Positions 37,260-45,922 are shown, counted from the stretch's first letter. The stretch: DNA of 52,027 nucleotides from Planctomycetota bacterium (GCA_029259895.1 JAJDEG010000123.1:1-52027); one strand, 5' to 3'. Numbers and translations are program-made. Notes: generated from the sequence alone by a model not told the origin.

Positions 37260-37405
37260 GCACTGAAGCCAGACCAATCTGGCCGAATGGGGCCGAAGGG
37301 AGTCGAACCCTTACCATTCCGCTTAAAAGGCGGAAGCGCTACCGTTACGCCACGACCCCGAAAATGGATCGGACGTATGCGTTTGAGCCGCGTCGTTTGT
37401 CGCAT
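37250..37405 (-). CDS. Candidate 51-aa Arg-rich ORF reading through tRNA-Lys(TTT)
   Basis: AAGGAG-AACAACA-ATG CGA CAA ACG ACG CGG CTC AAA CGC ATA CGT ...; stops at the TAG in the 5' end of tRNA-Ile(TAT). Confidence 0.45.
   Translation of the reverse strand: MRQTTRLKRIRPIHFRGRGVTVALPPFKRNGKGSTPFGPIRPDWSGFSAGA
37288..37359 (-). tRNA. tRNA-Lys(TTT)
   Basis: GGGGTCG/CGGCCCC, TCCGC-CTTTTAA-GCGGA. Confidence 0.9.
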
Positions 37406-37438
37406 TGTTGTTCTCCTTGCGTTCTTTGCTCGCGCGAA

Positions 37439-37509
37439 TAGTCCGGGGTGGAGTTGAACCACCGCCGACGACGTATCAGATCGCCATGCTTCCGTTACAC
37501 CACCGGACA
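37439..37509 (-). tRNA. tRNA-Ile(GAT)
   Basis: GTCCGG/CCGGAC with U1:U72, GCGAT-CTGATAC-GTCGT. Confidence 0.8.
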
Positions 37510-37586
37510 GCAATCAGGCCGAAGGCCCAAGGCGGTGGGTCGACAATGCGTTTACTCGTGCGGCCTACCGCCTCCAGCCTGCTCAG

Positions 37587-37660
37587 CGGCTCGTATGGGA
37601 GTCGAACCCATCTCCCGGCCTTGAAAGGGCCGTATCCTCAAACCGATAGACGAACGAGCC
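37587..37660 (-). tRNA. tRNA-Glu(TTC)
   Basis: GGCTCGT/ACGAGCC, CGGCC-CTTTCAA-GGCCG, G73. Confidence 0.92.
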
Positions 37661-37687
37661 GAAATCTGCGCGCACACTGAGCGCAAG

Positions 37688-37759
37688 TGGGTCGGGAGGC
37701 GCTCGAATCCTCGTCTCCTGGTCTTCAACCAAGCGCTAAACCATCTCAGCTACCGACCC
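37688..37759 (-). tRNA. tRNA-Phe(GAA), non-canonical (G37, A53:G61)
   Basis: GGGTCGG/CCGACCC, CTTGG-TTGAAGA-CCAGG, T arm GAGGA-TTCGAGC-GCCTC. Confidence 0.78.
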
Positions 37760-37801
37760 ATCGTTTTGTTCCGGCATGGCTTCGCGCTCGCCAAGACCAA
37801 C

Positions 37802-37834
37802 AAAAAAAGGCCCGGCGTTGTAACGCCAGGCCTT
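37802..37834 (-). terminator. Attenuator terminator upstream of the first tRNA
   Basis: AAGGCCTGGCGT-TACA-ACGCCGGGCC followed by T7. Confidence 0.85.
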
Positions 37835-37859
37835 GAATTGCCTTTCGAGCCGAATTGCC

Positions 37860-37874
37860 GGCCGAGCGTCACAA
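37860..37874 (-). promoter_or_regulatory. Antiterminator strand containing the leader stop codon
   Basis: TTGTGACGCTCGGCC pairs 14/15 (2 GU) with GGCCTGGCGTTACAA, the terminator 5' arm plus loop (37818-37832). Confidence 0.75.
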
Positions 37875-37997
37875 GCGCAATGGATGCGCGGGGCTATTCC
37901 CTACGAGGCCATTCCGATAATCGGAACAGGCGGCTCGCAGCGCGGAATAACCCGCAACTATGCGTTCTTGGTTCGATCTCGGCCGTAAAAACAACAT
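37869..37997 (-). CDS. Candidate 42-aa leader peptide MLFLRPRSNQERIVAGYSALRAACSDYRNGLVGNSPAHPLRL
   Basis: GGAG 11 nt upstream; contains TTA, AGA, ATA, CGA and GTA codons; the stop lies within the antiterminator. Confidence 0.65.
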   Translation of the reverse strand: MLFLRPRSNQERIVAGYSALRAACSDYRNGLVGNSPAHPLRL

Positions 37998-38071
37998 TGA
38001 ACGAATCGCTCCATTCACAAAAGGTTCGTGAAACTAGCGGTCGCGATGCCACCGCGGCGTTTGTTAACCCT

Positions 38072-38101
38072 TTAGACGCCACCAAGAGACGCAAGGTTCA
38101 C
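38072..38101 (-). promoter_or_regulatory. ECF-sigma-type promoter of the tRNA array
   Basis: GTGAACC-N16-CGTCTAA, matching the general ECF pattern (GAAC -35, CGTC/TCTAA -10). Confidence 0.65.
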
Positions 38102-38286
38102 AGGGTTGATCCAAGTTTGCGCCAAATATTCCCGGCGAAGAAGCGTCGTGGCAAGCAACGACACAACGCACGGACCGTTTCGGATCGCGACAGCGCTCAC
38201 TTGCGGCCCGGCACGATGCGCCATTACGATGGCTCGCGAAACGACTTTTGGCCGTGGCGTTCTTTATCTCAAGTGTTTGGATGGCG

Positions 38287-39744
38287 ATGAGTTACCCCAA
38301 GATCGCACAGTTTAAGGACGTGGCGGCATTTCGCGCGCGGCTGGACGAGCTTGGCTTGTCGATGCCCGTCGACGACGCGGCACAGTCGGCCGCGGAGGGT
38401 TCGCCGCTGGCCGCGCCGCTGTCGGTTGGTTCATCGCTCTGCGGCAGTTCATTCCGCGTGGGCAATCGCTGGTGCATTCATCCGATGGAGGGTTGGGATG
38501 CGAATCGCGATGGTTCGCCGTCGGAATTCACGCTGCGGCGTTGGCGAAATTTTGGGGCCAGCGGAGCCAAGCTCATCTGGGGCGGCGAAGCGGCTGCCGT
38601 GCAGCACGACGGAAGAGCGAATCCGCGGCAGACGCTGGCAACGGAAGAGAACTCTCGCGGGCTGGCTCAATTGCGCGAAACACTGGTCGACGAACATGCA
38701 GCGCGGTTCGGCGATACGACGGATCTGCTCGTGGGCCTGCAATTGACGCATAGCGGTCGATATTCTCGGCCGGACGGACCGCCGGCTCCACGAATCGCAT
38801 ATCACCACCCGTTGCTCGACGTGAAGATGGGCATCGATCCGCGCGACGCGAACGCCGTGTGGTCCGACGACGACTTGGAACGCCTAGTCGACCGATACGT
38901 TGCCGCGGCCGTGTTGGCCGAGCAAGCGGGGTATCAATTCGTCGACGTGAAGGCGTGCCACGGTTATCTGTTGCATGAGTTTCTGAGCGCGCGGCGAAGG
39001 CCGGGAAGATTCGGCGGCGACTTCGCGGGACGGACGCGATTGATGACGACGATTATCGAGCGAATTCGCGACGAACTGCCGCGGCTACTGATCGGCGTGC
39101 GGCTGAGCGTATTCGACACGGCGCCGTTCGCGACGAGTCGCGACGTAGGGCGGCCAATGCCGTTTGTTGAGCTGTTGCCCTACGACTGCGGCTTCGGCGT
39201 CGATGCGAACGATCCGCTGACGATGGATTTGACGGAGCCGATTGCGCTGCTCGTGAAATTAAGAGAGCTAGGCGTGGCAATGGTCAATCTTTCGGCCGGC
39301 AGCCCGTACTACAATCCACACGTGCAGCGGCCGGCGATCTTTCCGCCGAGCGACGGCTATCGGCCGCCGGAAGACCCGTTGGTCGGTGTGGCGCGGCAGA
39401 TCGACGCGGCCCGGAGATGCAAGGAGGCCGTAAGCGATTTGCCGATGGTCGGCACGGGCTACACGTATCTGCAGGAATATCTGCCGCACGTGGCCCAGGC
39501 CGCGGTGCGGGCAGGTTGGATCGACAGCGTTGGACTGGGCCGCATGGTCCTATCGTATCCGCGATTACCGGCCGACGTACTGTCGGGCAGCGCAACGACG
39601 CGCAAGCTCGTGTGCCGCACATTCAGCGATTGCACGACCGCGCCGCGCAACGGAATCGTCTCGGGCTGTTACCCGCTCGATGCTTTTTACAAGCGCTTGC
39701 CAGAGGCCGAGACGCTACGGCGCGCGAAGCAGAGCGATACTTGA
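38287..39744 (+). CDS. NADH:flavin oxidoreductase (old yellow enzyme family)
   Basis: NRWCIHPMEGWD, GLQLTHSGR, VDVKACHGYLLHEFLS and RPGRFGG motifs; C-terminal CRTFSDCT. Confidence 0.9.
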   Translation: MSYPKIAQFKDVAAFRARLDELGLSMPVDDAAQSAAEGSPLAAPLSVGSSLCGSSFRVGNRWCIHPMEGWDANRDGSPSEFTLRRWRNFGASGAKLIWGGEAAAVQHDGRANPRQTLATEENSRGLAQLRETLVDEHAARFGDTTDLLVGLQLTHSGRYSRPDGPPAPRIAYHHPLLDVKMGIDPRDANAVWSDDDLERLVDRYVAAAVLAEQAGYQFVDVKACHGYLLHEFLSARRRPGRFGGDFAGRTRLMTTIIERIRDELPRLLIGVRLSVFDTAPFATSRDVGRPMPFVELLPYDCGFGVDANDPLTMDLTEPIALLVKLRELGVAMVNLSAGSPYYNPHVQRPAIFPPSDGYRPPEDPLVGVARQIDAARRCKEAVSDLPMVGTGYTYLQEYLPHVAQAAVRAGWIDSVGLGRMVLSYPRLPADVLSGSATTRKLVCRTFSDCTTAPRNGIVSGCYPLDAFYKRLPEAETLRRAKQSDT

Positions 39745-39830
39745 TTGCGCCGCTTGATTGCGCCGCTGCGTTGTCGGCTCTACCGACAAATTCACGAAGG
39801 AGCACGACGTACGAATTCACTGCATGGACG

Positions 39831-42800
39831 TTACCACCCGCGGCGGCGGGCGCGAAGTTTGGTCGAAAGCGGCACATCGTCGGCGTTGGATGCCGAAGCG
39901 TGGAGTGCATCGTGCGTCAACACGACATCGAGGGCCGCGCGATGAATTGCTCGTGGACGGCGCGAGGCCGTTATCGCGTCGCGGCTTACGGCGCGGGTGA
40001 CGACCGCGCTGGCGGCGGCCGAGGCCGGTGCCGGGGCGACGTTGCGGCCAAAGTTACGCACGAGGACGACCACATCGGCGCGATTGATAGCGCCGTCGCC
40101 GTTGGCGTCGCCTTGGGCAAGCGTCGCGCCGCTGGCCGTGCCTAGGTGACTTTGCAGGATCGCCACATCGACAAGATCGACGCGGAGATCGGAATTGAAA
40201 TCGCCGGGCAGGCGATCGACCGTGCCGGGCGAGCCGCCCGTTGCATAGCTGGGCCGCCAATTCGTCGAGCTGTCCCAGGCATCGAGCGCCGCTAACTCGT
40301 CGACGACAACCAACGACGGGCCGCTGCCGTCGGTCGTGGGATGCCATGCGTCGTCGTAGGTGAAGGCCTGAATCATGCCGCCGCCGGCGTCGAGCAGGGC
40401 GATTCGCTCACCACCGTTGCTAAGGCGGTAATTCTCCGGCGTGCCGCCGTACTGTCCGGCGACGTTTACGGCCGTGCCGTTGCGCAGTTCAAACGCCGTG
40501 AGATTCTGGGCAACGACAATTCGTTCCTGCGGCGCGAGATCGACGTCGCCAAACGTGAATTCGATGCCGTCGGCGAAACGAACGCCGGCGAGATTAACCG
40601 TCACCGTGTTGCTGGTGTTGACCAGTTCGAGGAATTCGAAGTCGTCGCGGTCGAGAACGCCGGCGTCGATTTCCGCTTGCGTGCGTGCGGCCGGATTGTA
40701 GTGGAGTTCGCTGATGCGGAGCGGCGACTGCACGGTGAAAAATGCATCGGTCAGCGCGCTCCACTGGCCGGCAGAAAAAGTTCTCGCCCGCACCGTGGCG
40801 CTGTCGGCAAGTGGTATCGGTCCGCTATACGGCAAGGCGGTCGGCGAAATCGCGGCGTCAGGCAAGTCGCCGGCGATGAGTGCCGCTGAGAGCAGAAAGT
40901 CCGAGCTGGTGATTGCTACGTTGAGGCCGTGGATTGCGAGAATATTCGTGCCGACCTGCAGCGCCGCAAGAAACGCCGAGACATTGAAATTGGCCGGATT
41001 CACAGCGTCGGTGTCGCTATGAGAGGTGCTCGATAACGCATTCCAAGCAGGCGTGCCAGGGTCGGCATTGGCGCGGGCGATTTCTTGACCATTGAGATAC
41101 GCCACGAAACCGTCATCGTAGCGGACATTCAGTGACATGAAGTCGAACGCGGCCAGATCGCCGGCGTCGACGCTGAACGGGATGCGGACGAAGACCGACG
41201 TGTTGACGTCGTTCATCGCGGTGCCGAGATCGAGCGACGGCGAAATGAACGGAACGTAAGTGGCGTTTTCGTCGTAGCCCAATCCGCCCGTGCCGGCGAG
41301 CCAACTGGTGACGTCGAACGGTTCGTTGGCCGGCGTGCCCTTCCAAGAATCGCCGAGCAGGTTGCCGCCGTTGAGCGCCGTGGGAACGAGAACGTTTTTG
41401 GCGGCCGCTTCGGCGACGAGCGACGTGGCCATGGTCGGCGCCGGGACGCTCGGATCGCTGCCGTCGGTCGTGTAATAGATCGTGTTGCCCGGCAGCGGGT
41501 CGGGATCGGCGATCGTCAGTTCGTAGCCCGCCGCGACGGAACCGCCGTGCTGTCCGTAGACCGGCGCAGCGACGCTCGGATAGAGACCGTCGGCGATGAA
41601 GCGCTGTAGGGTGAGGGTGTGACTTTGCGGAAAGTAGTTATCGCGAACGTTGTCGCGTTCGGCGCGCCAGTGGTCGACGGTCATTGTGGGAATGACGACC
41701 GAAGGCTGGCCGGAGTCGACGGTGATGACTTCGCCTTCACGGGCGTCGCCCCAGCGGGCCGATTCGGCGATCATCGCGGATTCGATGACGTTGGCCCATT
41801 GCATCCAAAGGGCCTGATTCGCCTCGGTCGACAGCGCGCCGCCATTGAACATGTGCTTTTGCACGCGGTCGCCGAAGTGGGCGCGGAATGCAGCGCTATT
41901 GCGAAGCTCGCTGAATAGTTCGGCCGGGGAATTGGCGTTCGCCGCGTCGGTGCGATCGCGATAGCGGCCGTCGAGGACGATCTCCTGATCCCAAACGTGG
42001 AATTTGAACCCGGCGGAATCGGCCGTGCGGCTGCGGGCGGCGTACCAGTTGTGATGCGGCCAGTCTTCCGCGCCCCCGTAGAGGTGCAGCATCATGTAGT
42101 CGGAAAAATTGTCCATGTCGAGCAGCACGGGAAACGCCGCATTGCGCGAGCCGTCCGGGTTGTTGCCTTGAAGCTGCTGATAGATGGCGTCGGGATTGGG
42201 GCCGGTGAGCTGATTGGCCAGGGCGAACATCTGGTCCCAGGCCGTGCGGTTGCCAGCGAACAGTTCGTTGAAGTCCTTGATGACGTCGTAGTCGTCGCGG
42301 TCGCCGCCGAGATACTCGGCCTGAAAGGCTTCGTCGGGGCGCTCGGCCGGGTTGTACAGGCCCCAGTACAGCCCGTTGATGTAGAGATGGACGTACGTGT
42401 TGTGGGCCGAAGGGCCGCCCATCGCCAGTTGCGTTTCGCGCATCCAGACGTCGCGGAGGTACATCGAATCGAGCGGCGAATAGCGGCCGGTTTGCGTGCG
42501 CGTGGCGTAGCCGTCGGTAAAAAAGGCGCGGAGCACGACCGTGTTGATGTTGTCCGAGGCGTCGTCGCCGAAAAGCGGAAAGTTAAGCGTGTTCGGCCCG
42601 GCAAAGTCTTCGCTGAAGATGAGACGGAAGCTGTGTTTCTTCTGCCGAACGTTGTCGCGGCTCGCTCCACCGTGGATTTGCACGCCAGCGTTGTATTGAA
42701 ACTGGTCGCCAGTCGCCGGGTCGTAGTACTCGATCGAGCCGGCTCGACGCCAGGCGCTACCCCGCGTGTTGGAATTCGGATAGATGCCGTTGCCTTGATT

Positions 42801-45449
42801 CCACAAGTCGGCCGGGTCCATGACGATCGACATCGTCGGAATCGACATCAGCGATTGGCGGATGCCGACGTCGGTGTTGGCCGGATTGAAGTCGTCCCAT
42901 TGGGCGACAACCTCGGAGTCCATGGCGAAATCGGCGCTAGCGCCGGCTTGCCAAATGGCGGGATACGAACGAGGCGTGAGCGTGGGGGCTTCGCCTTGCG
43001 AGAAGCCGACGCTGTCGAGAAACGTCCGCGTCGCGCTATTGTTGGGGGCGACATCGTCGAGGTAGACCCGAACGACGCCGGAACCGTCGGCGACGGCCTC
43101 TCCGACGAGGCCGTTGTAGAGGATGCGGTCGCCGGAAACCTGGCCGGTGAAGTAGGCGTTGTCGGACGTGAACTGCGTGAGCGCGGCCGGCGAAAGGCCC
43201 GCGCGTACCGTCCACACGTTGGCGGCGTCGGAGTCCCAGAAATTTGCGAAGACGTTGTACGATTCGCCCGGCGTAAGGCCGTCTATCGCAACAGTGATCA
43301 TCGGCACGCCATCGGGCGCGCCGGCGGTGGCCGATTGCCAGGCCGTGGTAAACGTGCCGAAGGGCGTGCCAGAAGTGGCCACGCGCGGCACCCAAAGGTT
43401 CGTCGACGCGCCGTTGACGGTCGGCAACGCCCAATCGGCCGCTCCGCTAATCGTGCCGACGGTGTTGGCGTTCGATATTTCGACGTAATTGACTCCGCTT
43501 TCGGCCTGACGAATCACGTGATCGAGGAACAGATAGGTCTGCGTGTCGACGTCGGTCGGGCGGAAGTCGTTTTTGTAGCCGGCAGCGCGGAGCGTGGTCG
43601 TCGTGTTGATACGCACCGGGCCGGAGTAGAGCACCGCGGCAGGATTCGTTGCAACGGGCACGCTGCCATCGAGCGTGTAGTAGATGTTCGCACCGACTGT
43701 CAGCGTGGCGATCGTCACGTCGAACGGTGCGTCGTAAAAGCCGCGGTCGCGGCTGAACGTGGTGTCTTCGACAAAGCCGAACACGCCTTCGCCATTGGGG
43801 CCGCCCGGTGTGGCGGTTTCGAAGTACTGGCCGACACCGCCGCCGGAAAGCGCCGTGCCGATCAGTTCCGGCAGGATGACGAAGTCTTCGTCGGCCGACG
43901 TCGAATTCAGGCCGTGAAAGGCCAGCACATTCGCGCCGTCGGGGACGAGCAGATTTCGATGGGCCGAAAGGTCGATCGTTTCGTAGGACGTTGTCTCAGG
44001 GACGCTACGCTCGACCGTCGAGGCCGCGTTGAAAGCCGGCGCAACGCCGGCGGCAGTAGGCGCGTTGCGGCGGGTGACTTCTTGGCCGTTAAGGTAGGCG
44101 ACGAACCCAGCGTCGTATTTCACACGCATCGTCAGCGCGTCGTAAGTCGCCCCGGCGGGAACGTCGAACGGCACGCGAACGTAGGCCGACGCATTGACGC
44201 CCGACATCTGCGGACCGACATTCGTCGCCACCAGCCCCCCGATGCCGGCTAGTTCGACGCTCAGGGCGTTGAGGAACACGCCGTGGGACGTACCGCCATT
44301 ACGTACGCCGCGGAGGATCAACTCGCCGCCTGGCGACGCAATCAGATCGGCGGCCATCGTGTCGTCGCCGTCGCTCGTCGGAACGGCGTTGCCGTCGAAC
44401 GTGTAACTCTGTTCGATGACGACGGGCGTGCCGCTGGCGATTTCGGTCCAATCCGAGACGCGCGCGTTGACGCTGCTATTGTCGTACGACCACAGCGTGA
44501 CGCGATACGGCGTGCCGGGCGTAAGGCCCTGGAGGCGGACTTGCAACTCCGCACCGTCGAACGTGCCGTTGGCGAAGACGAAATCGTCGTAAATCTGCGC
44601 CGTGGTTAGCGCACCGGAATTGGTCGGTACGGCGCGGTCGCGGTCGTCGAGCGTCGCGCCGCCGAGCGTGGAGAGTGATACCGTGATGCCGCCGAACGAT
44701 TGGCCGTTTTGATTGATCGTCATGCCGGTGAATCCGGCTTGTGTATCGGCCGCGCCATCCCCGGACGTGCGCGCGTTGAAGTCCAAGGCCAGGACAGATG
44801 ATCCGCCGCCTGGCGCATAGCCGACGCCGGTCGGGCCGGACGTCCACGAACCGTCCGGGACGTAGCCGGCATCGGTCCACGTTTGGCCGAGACTGGCGTT
44901 GGGCGGAACGAGCACGCTGGCGTTCGCGCCGGGGCCGATCAGCGTCGCGGCTTGGCCGAGACCGTACGAGACGTCCTCGAATTGGCGCGGATAATTCGTA
45001 CCGGCGGGACCGAAGCTGGAAACGATCGTCGCTCCGTCCGGTTGAACGAGCGCGACGTATTCGCCCGTGCGGGTCAACTCGAAGTTTGTATGCAGTTCCA
45101 CCGCCGGATCGGGGCAATCGACGCCGGGCACGTTACAGCCCGAGGCGAAGACGACGAGAAATTCCCCGGCCGGAAGATTCGTGCTGGGAAACGTCCACTT
45201 CGCCAAATTGGCGGCGTTGTCGGTGAGATGCCAACCAGCCAAGTCGATGGCCTCGTCGCCAGCATTGAAGATTTCGATCCAATCGCGAAACGCGCCGGTC
45301 GAATCGGCCAACGTCGAGCCGTTGCTGGCCATGAACTCGCTAATGACCGGTGCGGCGGCCAGCATCTGACGCTGTTCGAGCGTTTCTGGCGACGCGAGAC
45401 GGTGGCGACGAAAGGATCGGGAAACGCGGCGGGCTCTTACCTGCGGCAT
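39831..45449 (-). CDS. Large secreted protein: planctomycete export motif, lamin-tail domains, Fn3-associated/chitobiase segments, CotH kinase, dockerin-like C-terminus
   Basis: ETLEQRQMLA; ISEFMASN...DWIEIFN; IYYTLDGSVP; VHLYINGLYWGLYNPAER, DWPHHNW, WDQE; LRISELHYNP; GDFNSDLRVDLVD and GDANGDGAINRAD. Confidence 0.88.
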   Translation of the reverse strand: MPQVRARRVSRSFRRHRLASPETLEQRQMLAAAPVISEFMASNGSTLADSTGAFRDWIEIFNAGDEAIDLAGWHLTDNAANLAKWTFPSTNLPAGEFLVVFASGCNVPGVDCPDPAVELHTNFELTRTGEYVALVQPDGATIVSSFGPAGTNYPRQFEDVSYGLGQAATLIGPGANASVLVPPNASLGQTWTDAGYVPDGSWTSGPTGVGYAPGGGSSVLALDFNARTSGDGAADTQAGFTGMTINQNGQSFGGITVSLSTLGGATLDDRDRAVPTNSGALTTAQIYDDFVFANGTFDGAELQVRLQGLTPGTPYRVTLWSYDNSSVNARVSDWTEIASGTPVVIEQSYTFDGNAVPTSDGDDTMAADLIASPGGELILRGVRNGGTSHGVFLNALSVELAGIGGLVATNVGPQMSGVNASAYVRVPFDVPAGATYDALTMRVKYDAGFVAYLNGQEVTRRNAPTAAGVAPAFNAASTVERSVPETTSYETIDLSAHRNLLVPDGANVLAFHGLNSTSADEDFVILPELIGTALSGGGVGQYFETATPGGPNGEGVFGFVEDTTFSRDRGFYDAPFDVTIATLTVGANIYYTLDGSVPVATNPAAVLYSGPVRINTTTTLRAAGYKNDFRPTDVDTQTYLFLDHVIRQAESGVNYVEISNANTVGTISGAADWALPTVNGASTNLWVPRVATSGTPFGTFTTAWQSATAGAPDGVPMITVAIDGLTPGESYNVFANFWDSDAANVWTVRAGLSPAALTQFTSDNAYFTGQVSGDRILYNGLVGEAVADGSGVVRVYLDDVAPNNSATRTFLDSVGFSQGEAPTLTPRSYPAIWQAGASADFAMDSEVVAQWDDFNPANTDVGIRQSLMSIPTMSIVMDPADLWNQGNGIYPNSNTRGSAWRRAGSIEYYDPATGDQFQYNAGVQIHGGASRDNVRQKKHSFRLIFSEDFAGPNTLNFPLFGDDASDNINTVVLRAFFTDGYATRTQTGRYSPLDSMYLRDVWMRETQLAMGGPSAHNTYVHLYINGLYWGLYNPAERPDEAFQAEYLGGDRDDYDVIKDFNELFAGNRTAWDQMFALANQLTGPNPDAIYQQLQGNNPDGSRNAAFPVLLDMDNFSDYMMLHLYGGAEDWPHHNWYAARSRTADSAGFKFHVWDQEIVLDGRYRDRTDAANANSPAELFSELRNSAAFRAHFGDRVQKHMFNGGALSTEANQALWMQWANVIESAMIAESARWGDAREGEVITVDSGQPSVVIPTMTVDHWRAERDNVRDNYFPQSHTLTLQRFIADGLYPSVAAPVYGQHGGSVAAGYELTIADPDPLPGNTIYYTTDGSDPSVPAPTMATSLVAEAAAKNVLVPTALNGGNLLGDSWKGTPANEPFDVTSWLAGTGGLGYDENATYVPFISPSLDLGTAMNDVNTSVFVRIPFSVDAGDLAAFDFMSLNVRYDDGFVAYLNGQEIARANADPGTPAWNALSSTSHSDTDAVNPANFNVSAFLAALQVGTNILAIHGLNVAITSSDFLLSAALIAGDLPDAAISPTALPYSGPIPLADSATVRARTFSAGQWSALTDAFFTVQSPLRISELHYNPAARTQAEIDAGVLDRDDFEFLELVNTSNTVTVNLAGVRFADGIEFTFGDVDLAPQERIVVAQNLTAFELRNGTAVNVAGQYGGTPENYRLSNGGERIALLDAGGGMIQAFTYDDAWHPTTDGSGPSLVVVDELAALDAWDSSTNWRPSYATGGSPGTVDRLPGDFNSDLRVDLVDVAILQSHLGTASGATLAQGDANGDGAINRADVVVLVRNFGRNVAPAPASAAASAVVTRAVSRDAITASRRPRAIHRAALDVVLTHDALHASASNADDVPLSTKLRARRRGW

Positions 45450-45568
45450 GTTTGTTTCCAATGAGATGAGGTTAGGCGGTTGCACGTGCCGACAATCGAG
45501 CGGCTAGGCTCACTTCGCTTTGCCTAGCCGCCAACGAACGGAATGAGAACGCACGTTTTCGGAAAACG

Positions 45569-45599
45569 AAAAAACGCGCCGAGCGGGTTGCCGGCGCGC
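45569..45599 (-). terminator. Terminator-like hairpin in the 5' region of the CotH gene
   Basis: CGCGCCG-N10-CGGCGCG followed by T6, about 120 nt upstream of the ATG. Confidence 0.5.
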
Positions 45600-45922
45600 T
45601 GATGACTAGGGTAGTCGCCGGCGATATCGGGCACGAAGAAAATGAAATTCGCCTGCACACGACACGGGCGCCGGATTTGCCGATTCATTATCCTTCTGCG
45701 CGCTGGCGAAGGCAAGTTATTTTTCTCGAAAAATGAAAACGCGACGGTGGTCGATCATTGTTGACTATAGTAGCCTCTTAGATACTCGATCGGCCACCGA
45801 TCGTCAGATGCCGTCGCCGCACCGCGAATCGGTCGAGTCCAACCCATCGCCGCCGTCAGTGCAATTGCGACGGCAGGCGATTAGCACACTCCCGCCACTC
45901 ACCTAACCGAAGGGCAATTCCG

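Noticed and set aside
35017-37680. Numerous 60-170 aa ORFs listed across the tRNA array
   Set aside because: They are translations of tRNA genes and heptamer spacers (GSNP, RVRFP, ESN patterns from T loops). Only the SD-led ORF at 37405 was kept as a candidate.
31950-37760. Recurrent GGAGTCGAACC motif suggesting a CRISPR array
   Set aside because: It is the reverse complement of tRNA T arms. Spacing and flanks fit cloverleaves, and no cas genes are present.
37958-38014. Alternative 18-aa leader (MERFVQCCFYGRDRTKNA) with three CGA codons
   Set aside because: It has no SD and its stop is far from the antiterminator. It is the +1 frame of the preferred leader, though it cannot be fully excluded.
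30116-38101. Prophage or integrative element carrying the tRNAs
   Set aside because: No integrase, att-like direct repeats or phage structural genes were seen, and the flanks are ordinary chromosomal genes.
45490-45920. c-di-GMP or other known riboswitch
   Set aside because: Consensus elements could not be matched by eye; only generic hairpins were seen.
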